Shown piece by piece: positions 8,491 to 16,938 of a stretch of 64,000 nucleotides of DNA. Under the pieces are notes generated by a model. The model worked only from the letters and a program-made list of their open reading frames with translations, did not search any database and was not told the DNA's origin. How positions within the stretch are numbered: the first letter of the stretch is position 1; each line of letters begins with the position of its first letter. A program made the position numbers and the translations under genes. This stretch comes from Myxococcota bacterium (GTDB lineage: Bacteria > Myxococcota_A > SURF-8): the NCBI GenBank assembly GCA_963674735.2, contig CAXXQS010000002.1:224001-288000 (forward strand), given 5' to 3'.

Positions 8491-9632
8491 AAACAACCAA
8501 GCTGGAGGTTTTGTGTGTCGATGATGAAATCGAGGTTCTCAATGGACTGAGAATGATCCTGCGTCGAAACTACAACGTTACCGTGACCGAAAGTGCGCAC
8601 CAGGCCCTGGAGTACTTGAAAACCGAAAAATACAGCATCATCCTATCGGATATGCGCATGCCGGAAATGAACGGGGCGGACTTCTTGGCCAAGGCGAAAC
8701 GAATTTCGCCGAATAGCGTCCGCATGCTGCTCACCGGCTATAGTGACCTGAACGCCGCGATCGATGCGATCAACAAAGGTCAGGTTTATCGATTTTTGAC
8801 AAAGCCCTGTCCGCCGGATCAACTGTTGAATATTTTCGATGATGCCGCCCATCAATACTCATTGATCACCGCCGAAAAGGAATTGCTGCATAAGACCTTA
8901 AAAGGCAGCGTGACGGTTCTGGCTGAAATTCTTTCGATTGTCGACCCGGAAACAGCGGACGCCGTATCCGGGCTGCGTTCGGTCCTGGTCAGCATCGCCA
9001 AGGAACTGGAGTATGCCAAGCAATGGGATCTGGAAATAGCCTATCTCATTTCCAGTATCGGTATCGTAACGATTCCATCGGAGTTGCGCCAGAAAGCGAA
9101 ATCGAATGAAGCGCTGACTGAGGATGAAGCCGATCTTATAGGTCGTGTTCCGGAGATCGGAGCCAAGCTGATTTCTCACATTCCCCGCATGGAAACGGTA
9201 GCCGAGATTGTGCGGTATCAAGCGAAAAATTTCGATGGATCGGGCTTCCCGCGCGACTCCGTAAGAGGAGACAAGATTCCTCTCGGGTCGAGAATCCTGC
9301 GTATTCTTAAAGACTACGATTTGGCGGAGAACATTCAAAAAACGGATGAGTGGTACAAACGGCTTAAAACAGATGAGACTACATACGATCCGGATGTAGT
9401 GAAGGTCTTTATTAAATATGCCAATCTTCTACCCACAAGTTTTGAACTCGTTGAGATCGATCCAAGACGCCTGCGCACTGGGGATCGCTTGATAGATCCC
9501 GTTACAACCGACAAAGGAAGGCTTCTTCTCGCTGCCGGAATGCGAATCAATCAACCCATACTGGAAAAATTGCACCATTACGCGTCGATCGTCGAACTAC
9601 AGGGACAAGTCAGGGTTGAACGCCCCAAATAG
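8487..9632 (+). CDS. Response regulator, REC + degenerate HD-GYP-like domain
   Basis: SDMRMP receiver; HD replaced by SS (SSIG); YQAKNFDGSGFP in place of HHExxDGxGYP. Confidence 0.9.
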   Translation: MKTTKLEVLCVDDEIEVLNGLRMILRRNYNVTVTESAHQALEYLKTEKYSIILSDMRMPEMNGADFLAKAKRISPNSVRMLLTGYSDLNAAIDAINKGQVYRFLTKPCPPDQLLNIFDDAAHQYSLITAEKELLHKTLKGSVTVLAEILSIVDPETADAVSGLRSVLVSIAKELEYAKQWDLEIAYLISSIGIVTIPSELRQKAKSNEALTEDEADLIGRVPEIGAKLISHIPRMETVAEIVRYQAKNFDGSGFPRDSVRGDKIPLGSRILRILKDYDLAENIQKTDEWYKRLKTDETTYDPDVVKVFIKYANLLPTSFELVEIDPRRLRTGDRLIDPVTTDKGRLLLAAGMRINQPILEKLHHYASIVELQGQVRVERPK

Positions 9633-9672
9633 AGAATGGCGAGCGTACTAAACCGAGATTTAGGAAACATGA

Positions 9673-10767
9673 ATGACCATCACAGCTAACATCGTTTTTG
9701 TCGATGACGATAACGAAATTCTTGATTCCATCAAAGTCATGCTCCGCAAGCAAACAAACTTCTGGAATATCGAGTATTTCAATGATCCCCTGGCCGCACT
9801 TGAGCGCATCAGGCACGGAGACGTCGATATCGTGGTCTCAGACATGTCGATGCCGGGAAAATCGGGATTGGATTTATTGCACGAAATCAAGAAGGATGAG
9901 GCGTCAAAATATAGCGCGGTCATCATCCTTACCGGACTCAATGATCGGAGCCTGAAGCGGGAAGCGCTGGCTGCCGGGGCGGCAGACCTGCTCAATAAGC
10001 CCATCGTCTTGGAAGATTTGCTGGCTCGGCTTGTCAATACCTTGAAAATGAAGCGCTACGAAGACGATCTTCGCGACAGCAACCTCACGCTTGATAATAT
10101 GGTAAGGGTGCGGACACTGCAACTGGAACAGTCCCGAATCGCCACGGTCATACACCTTGCCAAGGCAGGGGAATATCGAGATGAGGAAACCGGAAAACAT
10201 ATCATTCGAGTCGGCAGTTATGCGCGTTGTATTTGCGAACGCCTTGGAATGGAAAAGACGGACTGTGATGTGGTGGCGGTGGCGGCCCCCTTGCATGACA
10301 TTGGAAAAATCGGTATTCCCGACCGTATCCTTCTTAACCCGGGCAAGCTCGATGCCGAGGAATGGAAGATCATGCGTACCCATACTCAAATCGGATACAA
10401 CATATTGAACACCAATTTGATCAACATGGAACGGCTCATTCCCGATATGAAATGGAAAGACGGCGACATGTTCGATTATTATCCCGTCATTAATGCCGCT
10501 TCGGAAATCGCATTGAATCATCACGAGCGCTTGGATGGCAAGGGCTACCCCAATGGTTTAAGGGGCACGGCTATTCCCCGTAAAGCCGTCATCGTCGCCA
10601 TCAGCGACATGTACGATGCCTTAAGAAGTGAAAGACCCTACAAAAAGGGATTTTCCCATCAAAAAGCCATGGAAATCATTGCGGAAGACACGGGACATTT
10701 CGACCCGGAAGTTTGTGAGGCTTTTTTCGATCTTTCAGACGAAATCAGTTTCTTGTTTGACCTGTAA
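9673..10767 (+). CDS. Response regulator, REC + HD-GYP cyclic di-GMP phosphodiesterase (RpfG-like)
   Basis: EYRDEETGKH, HDIGK, HHERLDGKGYP and RPYK motifs intact. Confidence 0.93.
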   Translation: MTITANIVFVDDDNEILDSIKVMLRKQTNFWNIEYFNDPLAALERIRHGDVDIVVSDMSMPGKSGLDLLHEIKKDEASKYSAVIILTGLNDRSLKREALAAGAADLLNKPIVLEDLLARLVNTLKMKRYEDDLRDSNLTLDNMVRVRTLQLEQSRIATVIHLAKAGEYRDEETGKHIIRVGSYARCICERLGMEKTDCDVVAVAAPLHDIGKIGIPDRILLNPGKLDAEEWKIMRTHTQIGYNILNTNLINMERLIPDMKWKDGDMFDYYPVINAASEIALNHHERLDGKGYPNGLRGTAIPRKAVIVAISDMYDALRSERPYKKGFSHQKAMEIIAEDTGHFDPEVCEAFFDLSDEISFLFDL

Positions 10768-10886
10768 GCCTGCCTCAAATGCCAATAGCAACATCCATGC
10801 ACGTTGCCCACCCGGCTGCTTGATGTCGGATCAGACGACACACGAACACCGACCAAAACCCGGTAGATAGGCGGATCGAACCCATG

Positions 10887-10912
10887 AAAAAAACCGGCCA
10901 TCAGGCCGGGTT
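10887..10912 (-). terminator. Rho-independent terminator
   Basis: CCGGCC-N4-GGCCGG followed by T7 on the minus strand. Confidence 0.7.
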
Positions 10913-10933
10913 CGTGTGTGGAGAAGGCCGCGA

Positions 10934-11380
10934 TCACATAACACCAGCCGCGCAGTTGGCATACTCGGTGCTGCACTGGGTAGCCGCCGCCGCATCATAG
11001 TTGTCGGCATCCGGACAGGCTTCATCCCAGCAATCCAAAAAGTCCAGCACACAGTCACGCGCATTATCGCACATGTCGCCCCCGGCACCGCCGATTTCGT
11101 CACAGGCCACCGTCATCTGGTCATAGGCGGTTTTGATTTGGCAAGCTCCCTCGTCGCAGATGTTGCCTTCGACTCCGTCGCAGTCGTAGTCGGAAAAGAG
11201 ATCATCGCCGTCATCACCATCCGCATCATCACCATCGGCATCATCGCCATCGGCATCATCGCCGTCGCTGCTGTCATCCCCGTCGCTCTCATCGTCGTCA
11301 TCCCCCATGCACGCTGACAACGCCAACATCAGCGCCAAGGCCATCAGCAGCACCAACATCCATTTCCACGATTTTTTCAT
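10934..11380 (-). CDS. Small acidic lipoprotein with a DGDDA-repeat linker and a Cys-rich domain
   Basis: ATG at 11380 with GGAGGA RBS; lipobox LSAC; 10 further Cys residues. Confidence 0.85.
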   Translation of the reverse strand: MKKSWKWMLVLLMALALMLALSACMGDDDDESDGDDSSDGDDADGDDADGDDADGDDGDDLFSDYDCDGVEGNICDEGACQIKTAYDQMTVACDEIGGAGGDMCDNARDCVLDFLDCWDEACPDADNYDAAAATQCSTEYANCAAGVM

Positions 11381-11826
11381 GTCATCCTCCGCTTTTCGGG
11401 TTCCAACAGCCGATCCACCGGCACATTTCACCCCCTGAAACGTCACGGTTACATCTGCGACCGGCTTCTATCGCCCTGTAGTTTGTCTTGATGCAAATAG
11501 ATTAGCATAAATTATAGAACTATTCCATGTTTTAAAGTGCGATATAAATAAAAGCAGGTCGAATGATCGCCCTCGCCCGCCGGGAGCCGTCGGTCCGTCT
11601 TCGGCGCAGATGCAACACAGACGATTGCCGAGAACCCTTCAAGATGGGTGGTATGGGCTAAGCGAAGAGAACGGAGCTTGCCTTTGCCACCCCAAAACCA
11701 AACGGGTTGCCATATCCTGTGCTGCACCCATTCCGAATCCCGTATATGCTAAGTCCTTGAGAAACAAGCCGAAACCTGCTAGGCTGAGAGCCGTTTAGAC
11801 AGCCCAATACGGCAAAAAGGGACGGT

Positions 11827-12642
11827 ATGAACCACATCGCGATTTACGGCAAGGGCGGCAGCGGAAAATCGATGATCGCCAGCAATCTTTCGGTCCAGTT
11901 CGCTCGACTGGGACTGGCCACTACGCAAATCGGTTGCGACCCCAAACACGACTCCACCTTATGCCTGACCGGTGGACGCGCCATCCCTACCGTTATTTCA
12001 CTCATGGAGAAAAGTCGCGACCTGCTACCGCCCATCGAGCAGGTGGTGGTCGAAGGCGTGCACGGCATCCGCTGCATCGAGGCGGGCGGTCCGGAACCGG
12101 GGGTCGGCTGCGCCGGGCGCGGCATTGTTTCGGTTTTCCAGATTCTCAAGCGCCATCACTACCTCGACGACTTCGAGGCGGTGGTCTTGGACGTTCTGGG
12201 CGACGTGGTCTGCGGCGGCTTCGCCGCTCCGCTGATGCACGGTTTCGCCAGCCGGGTGCTGATCGTGGTGAGCGACAACCTGATGTCGCTTTACGCCGCC
12301 AACAACATAGCCAAGGCCGTGCGACGCTTCACGCGCAACGGTGCACGCCTGGTGGGTCTGGTGGGCAACAACCTGCACGACCCCGACGCCGAAGCCATGC
12401 TCACACGCTTCGCCGAGCGGCTGTCCACCCGGCTTTTAACCATCGTCCCCCACGATCCGTTGATCTTCGACGCCGAGCGTCGACGGCTGACCGTCTCGGA
12501 TCACGCTCCCGATTCCGCCAGCGCATCTCGTTTCCGCGAGTTGGCCCAGGAAATACGCAATCAAGATACCGTCGAACATGCAACTCCAACCCCCATGGAC
12601 GACGAAGAGCGCGAAAGCTTCTTCCGTGAACAGGGACGGTAA
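11827..12642 (+). CDS. Nitrogenase iron protein-like ATPase (NifH/BchL/BchX/CfbC family)
   Basis: YGKGGSGKS, GCDPKHDST, EAGGPEPGVGCAGRG, DVLGDVVCGGFAAP, LYAANNI; both [4Fe-4S] Cys present. Confidence 0.95.
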   Translation: MNHIAIYGKGGSGKSMIASNLSVQFARLGLATTQIGCDPKHDSTLCLTGGRAIPTVISLMEKSRDLLPPIEQVVVEGVHGIRCIEAGGPEPGVGCAGRGIVSVFQILKRHHYLDDFEAVVLDVLGDVVCGGFAAPLMHGFASRVLIVVSDNLMSLYAANNIAKAVRRFTRNGARLVGLVGNNLHDPDAEAMLTRFAERLSTRLLTIVPHDPLIFDAERRRLTVSDHAPDSASASRFRELAQEIRNQDTVEHATPTPMDDEERESFFREQGR

Positions 12643-12649
12643 GGCGGCC

Positions 12650-14758
12650 ATGGCTTCCCCGCAACGACGCGATCCCATTCCCTTGCTCGAACGCTTCGCG
12701 CTATTGGCGCAGGAACTGGAGGCGCGCGCGGTCTTTCCACAGGCCGACGGGGCACTTTTCATCTTGGTTCGTGAAACCGAACCCAAGGCCTGGTTGCGTT
12801 GGGAACCCGATGCCGACCACAACGATCCCCGCTTGGACGAATTGCCGGGACGCCTGCACAGCGCCCAACTGACACCGGCGGCGGTCGCCAAACTGGCGGC
12901 GCGCCTCGTGCACGCCGCAAAAAAAGACGCTTTCCGCTTTCTGCGCGTTGCCCATGAAGCCGAGATCCCCATCGAACTCAACCGCTGGTTTGTCGCGCGT
13001 CACCTCACCCATTATCTGGAGGAAGGCATAAGCCGGTGGGGCCCCTATCGGCTGGAACCGGTGAAAGAGGTGGGCGACGCTATCGAATTGGTCTTTTCCT
13101 CGATCGACGGAGAAACACCCCCGTTACACTTCTCCATCAGTGCATCAGAATCCGACCCCGTCGAGAAAACCGGCGCTTCAGCGGCTGCAAGTCCGCTCAC
13201 GTTACGGTGTTTGGCCGAGGATTCCGACGACGCCTCTTTTTCGCGTTCCCCCGAGCGCTACCTGCGTTACGCCCTGGCACGCAGCTTCGTTCCGGGCCAG
13301 GCCCTGCATCGTCCGACAGACGATTCCGGCCCCGAAAACGAAACCGAGAAACCGGCCTCGCCTTACAACCAGGGTTTTTTAGCCCCCGACCACCGGGATT
13401 ACATTCCGATGACCTGCTTTTTCGCCCTGAAAAAAGATCCCGGAGTGATGGATATCCTATCGAGCTTAAGCGACGACGGCTTACACCTGCGCACGCTTCA
13501 CGTGGGCAGCACGGCCTGTCTGCTGGCTCCGACCGTGGACATCCGCGACGACCGGCGCTTTGTTTCCGCCCGCTTCATGGGAAGCAGCTTCAAACCCGAC
13601 CCGGTGATGGATGCGGTCGAAATGGGCGAAATCGATGTCATCGTGGGCGACGACGCGAGCTTGAGACGCAGCCTGGAGACGCTCATCGATCTTCCCGACA
13701 TCCACGCGGTGGTCTTGATTGTGCAGTGCCTGGCCGATTTCGTCGGTTTGGATCTCGACAACATCGTGGCTGAAGCAACGGCCGCAGGTGCTCCACCCAT
13801 CATCCGTTACACCGACACCCCCGCCATCCAGCGCGAGCCATACGACCGCTTCTGGCACGAAATCTTGCAGTTGGCCGACCCCAACCTCGCACCCGACCCG
13901 AAACAAGTCAACCTGGTCGGGTTCGCCCCGCGTGGGTCCAGGGCGGATAGGGAATTGACCGCCGATCTGGCCGCATTGAACCTTACGGTCAACGCCCGCT
14001 TCATCCCCTCGCTGAAAGCCGCCGAGATACGACGCTTCGGATCGGCCGCACTCAACGTTCTGTTCAACGAGCGCATCACTCGCGATGAAATCGGCGCTCC
14101 CCTCGACGCCTACGCCGCCGCAAGCGGTCGGGACATCCTCGCACCGGTTCCCCCCATCGGTCCCGACGCGACCCAGACTTTTTACCGCGCCATTCTCACC
14201 GCCTGCGATCTGCCCGACGACGGCCGGGTCGCCGCGCTCTGGGAGCCGTTCAAAGCCGACTGGGAAAAAGGCCGCGCGAGCGCCGCACAGCACGAAATCG
14301 CCATCATCGTGGACGCGCATACCTCCCGCTACTTGCGCGAACCGGACGAACTGTACGGCATTCCACTCCCGGTACGCTTGGCGGAAATGGGCTTTGCTTT
14401 GCGTCTGGTGCTGGCCGAATGGGAGGATGCAGGCAGCTATCGCGACGCCGAGTTCGCGCTCGAATCCCTGCGGGACACCCTCCTGCAAGCAGGCGCGGAT
14501 GTGATACTCGACCGGGTGGCCGGGCCCGATGAACTGGCGGCACGCATGCGCGACTGGCCCGCCAGCCTGATCTTCAGCGATTTCCCCGGCGATCGCCGCA
14601 TCGTGGCCGCCGGTAAAACGCCTTTCTCCATCCGCGCCTTCGAGTTCGGTTTTGCCGGTGCTCTGCGCAGCCAACGCCACCTGCTGCGTCTGGCGCATAG
14701 CGGCTACGCTCGGGCTTTTGGTCCGCTTGCGCTTTCCCGAAACGAGGAGACGCCATGA
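12650..14758 (+). CDS. Nitrogenase component-1-like subunit (NifD/E, BchN/Y-like) with a long N-terminal extension
   Basis: LHVGSTAC, MGEIDVIVGDD, VQCLADFVGLD, VNLVGF, FGFAGA resemble oxidoreductase/nitrogenase component-1 motifs; start chosen at ATG 12650, just after the Fe-protein stop. Confidence 0.8.
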   Translation: MASPQRRDPIPLLERFALLAQELEARAVFPQADGALFILVRETEPKAWLRWEPDADHNDPRLDELPGRLHSAQLTPAAVAKLAARLVHAAKKDAFRFLRVAHEAEIPIELNRWFVARHLTHYLEEGISRWGPYRLEPVKEVGDAIELVFSSIDGETPPLHFSISASESDPVEKTGASAAASPLTLRCLAEDSDDASFSRSPERYLRYALARSFVPGQALHRPTDDSGPENETEKPASPYNQGFLAPDHRDYIPMTCFFALKKDPGVMDILSSLSDDGLHLRTLHVGSTACLLAPTVDIRDDRRFVSARFMGSSFKPDPVMDAVEMGEIDVIVGDDASLRRSLETLIDLPDIHAVVLIVQCLADFVGLDLDNIVAEATAAGAPPIIRYTDTPAIQREPYDRFWHEILQLADPNLAPDPKQVNLVGFAPRGSRADRELTADLAALNLTVNARFIPSLKAAEIRRFGSAALNVLFNERITRDEIGAPLDAYAAASGRDILAPVPPIGPDATQTFYRAILTACDLPDDGRVAALWEPFKADWEKGRASAAQHEIAIIVDAHTSRYLREPDELYGIPLPVRLAEMGFALRLVLAEWEDAGSYRDAEFALESLRDTLLQAGADVILDRVAGPDELAARMRDWPASLIFSDFPGDRRIVAAGKTPFSIRAFEFGFAGALRSQRHLLRLAHSGYARAFGPLALSRNEETP

Positions 14759-16053
14759 AGCTGACTCCCAGCTATCTCGACGGCGCGTATCTCGCCCTCA
14801 ACGCGCAACCGGGCCTGCGGGCATTTGTCGATGCGCCGCGCTGCGAGGTCAACCGCGCCGACAAGATCACCACCTTACATGATCGCATGAGCGACTTACT
14901 GGGTATGGGGCCCTACGACCTCAGCCGCCGCCTGTTCACCGGAACCTGGCGCTTCGGCTTGGACATCCAGGGACCCGACGAAGCCATTGCCCGCACCCTC
15001 AAGCATTTGGCCGGCGCCGACCCGCACAGTCCGATTCTGCTCTTTCGCGGACACCTGTCGCTGTTAATCAACACCGACCTCGACGGAGTCGCGCTTGAAA
15101 GCCTGGATACCGAAAAGACTCCGCCCCTGATTTCCGTGGCACACCATTCGCTCGACGACGACTGGCTCACCGGCTACCGGGCCGTCCACGACGCCGTTTT
15201 GGACTGGATGCTTCGCAACGCCTCACCCACCCCGCCAGCCGGACCGCCCCGTCCCTTGATCGGCGGTTTCGGGCTCTTGCGTCGGGAAGGGGACGAACAC
15301 GGCAACGTGGACGAGGTTCTGCGTCTGTGGCGGGCGCTCGGGCTGGAGACAGACCCGATATGGCCTTTTTCCGGCGGACCGCTCGATTCAGCCGGATTGA
15401 CCTCCGACTCGCCCCGTTTCATCTTCCCCTACAGCGGCGATTATCAAGCTCATCGTACAGCAAACGACGACGGGACCGACACGCATCTGCCCTTCCCCAT
15501 CGGCTTGTCGGCCACGGCTGCTTTGCTGCGCGGGCTAGGCAAACGTTTCGGACGCGAAACCGAAGCCGAGTCGCTGATTGCGCGGGAAACCGAAACCCTG
15601 CGGCAAGCCATCGAAACCACGGCCGTCGAGCGGCTGGCCGGACGCGGGGTCGCCGTCTTGGCCGATCCCACGCGCGCCATCGGACTTTGTGCGGCCATGC
15701 GGGATCTGGGGCTGACGGTCCCGCTCGTGTTGAGCCTGGGTGCCATCGAAGCGGACGAAGCCGAGAATGCTTTCGGCGATGCGACGGTTCTGATCAATCC
15801 CAGTTTTTCGGACGCCGTCGCGCAACTCAAAACCGCCGCCGCAACCGGGGAACTGGACTGGGTGGTGGGAGCCAGCTGGCTCCGCGATCCGGCCCGCGAG
15901 GCGGGTCTGGCCTATGTGGAATGCGGCTACCCCGCTTACACCGAACATTTTATCGGTCCCATGCCATACATGGGATACGCGGGACTTTTACGCCTGGCCG
16001 AACGTCTGGCCAACAGCCAGAGCGGCCTCCTCGATCCAAACGGGAACGCTTGA
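14755..16053 (+). CDS. Second nitrogenase component-1-like subunit (NifK/N, BchB/Z-like)
   Basis: GAYLALNAQPGLRAFVDAPRCE, LINTDLDG, FPIGLSAT, VECGYP, PYMGYAG; ATGA overlap with the previous gene; GAGGAG RBS. Confidence 0.85.
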   Translation: MKLTPSYLDGAYLALNAQPGLRAFVDAPRCEVNRADKITTLHDRMSDLLGMGPYDLSRRLFTGTWRFGLDIQGPDEAIARTLKHLAGADPHSPILLFRGHLSLLINTDLDGVALESLDTEKTPPLISVAHHSLDDDWLTGYRAVHDAVLDWMLRNASPTPPAGPPRPLIGGFGLLRREGDEHGNVDEVLRLWRALGLETDPIWPFSGGPLDSAGLTSDSPRFIFPYSGDYQAHRTANDDGTDTHLPFPIGLSATAALLRGLGKRFGRETEAESLIARETETLRQAIETTAVERLAGRGVAVLADPTRAIGLCAAMRDLGLTVPLVLSLGAIEADEAENAFGDATVLINPSFSDAVAQLKTAAATGELDWVVGASWLRDPAREAGLAYVECGYPAYTEHFIGPMPYMGYAGLLRLAERLANSQSGLLDPNGNA

Positions 16054-16066
16054 TGGAGAAGGTATC

Positions 16067-16801
16067 GTGACGGAAACCCCGCTTCCGGTCGAGGAAGTCA
16101 GCGATTACGAACGTGAAGCCCATGACTTCGCCCATCGTCACCTGGCCTTGCCCTGGCGCGCTCTGGTGGCACGGCTATCGCGTCTGGAAGCCGGTGAATC
16201 GCTCCGGGAGGACGAAGCACGCTTCGAGGTGATCGGGTGGCCCCGCCCGCTTTCGGCACATCGCTTCCACCGGGCCATGCGCTCCGGTTCCTGCCGTCGC
16301 TTGTTCGGTCCCAATCCCACGCGCCTGCTGGTGGTGCTCAACCACAAACGCACACGTGTTTTGCATGTCCTGGCCGACCGCAACGAAAACGGCGTTTTCG
16401 TCGAGCACGTCAGTCTGCGTTCGCGAAAAGAAGAACCTTGGGCAGGTGAACTGCTGCGCTTCATCCGCGAGGGACGTCCCGAGCTGGCCCAGCGTCTGGC
16501 GACCGACTGGTTGCCCGAACAGCCCGAAACCCGCGACTGGAAACTCGGCCTGCTGATCGTCACCAACTGGGATTGCTTTATGCTGCTGAAAAAGGCCTGG
16601 GACAAGGCCGGGGACGGCAAGATAACGGCTCTCCCTTTTTGGCTGATGGAAGCCCTGGTCAAAATGGAGCAGAGCGGGGCTTTACAGATCGAGCCGCCGG
16701 TGCCGGTGGAGCGCTTGCGACGCCGCCTGACGCCGCTTTTGCGCCTGCTGCTTCCCTCCATTCGTCTCAGTGGCTACGCCGCCCGCCTGTGGCCGCTTTA
16801 A
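16067..16801 (+). CDS. Hypothetical protein, fourth gene of the nitrogenase-like operon
   Basis: GTG at 16067 with GGAG RBS, 13 bp after the previous stop; native codon usage; no recognisable family. Confidence 0.7.
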   Translation: MTETPLPVEEVSDYEREAHDFAHRHLALPWRALVARLSRLEAGESLREDEARFEVIGWPRPLSAHRFHRAMRSGSCRRLFGPNPTRLLVVLNHKRTRVLHVLADRNENGVFVEHVSLRSRKEEPWAGELLRFIREGRPELAQRLATDWLPEQPETRDWKLGLLIVTNWDCFMLLKKAWDKAGDGKITALPFWLMEALVKMEQSGALQIEPPVPVERLRRRLTPLLRLLLPSIRLSGYAARLWPL

Positions 16802-16856
16802 GCTTCACCGAAACCGATACCCTGCTTCTCTTGGAATAAGCACGAAATTTTCCCAT

Positions 16857-16882
16857 AAAAAACCCCGCCGAAAACGACGGGG
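16857..16882 (-). terminator. Rho-independent terminator
   Basis: CCCCG stem followed by T6 on the minus strand after the DUF1015 gene. Confidence 0.6.
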
Positions 16883-16938
16883 CGTGTCAGAAACCAGATC
16901 ACCGACACGAAGTCGGTGGGTCGAGCTTGTCAAATCGC

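Larger units (their letters stand above)
3621..10800. mobile_element. Decayed tRNA-Asp-associated genomic island carrying a signalling cassette (right boundary approximate)
   Basis: tRNA 3' end, integrase remnant, and visibly lower GC than the flanking genes; no clean att repeat found at the right end. Confidence 0.55.

Noticed and set aside
11460-11826. sigma54 promoter or c-di-GMP riboswitch ahead of the nitrogenase-like operon
   Set aside because: Only near-misses to GG-N10-GC, and no riboswitch core found.
11827-16053. Genuine nifHDK nitrogen fixation cluster
   Set aside because: The P-cluster Cys set is incomplete, FeMo-co ligands are not seen and there are no assembly genes; gene symbols were withheld.
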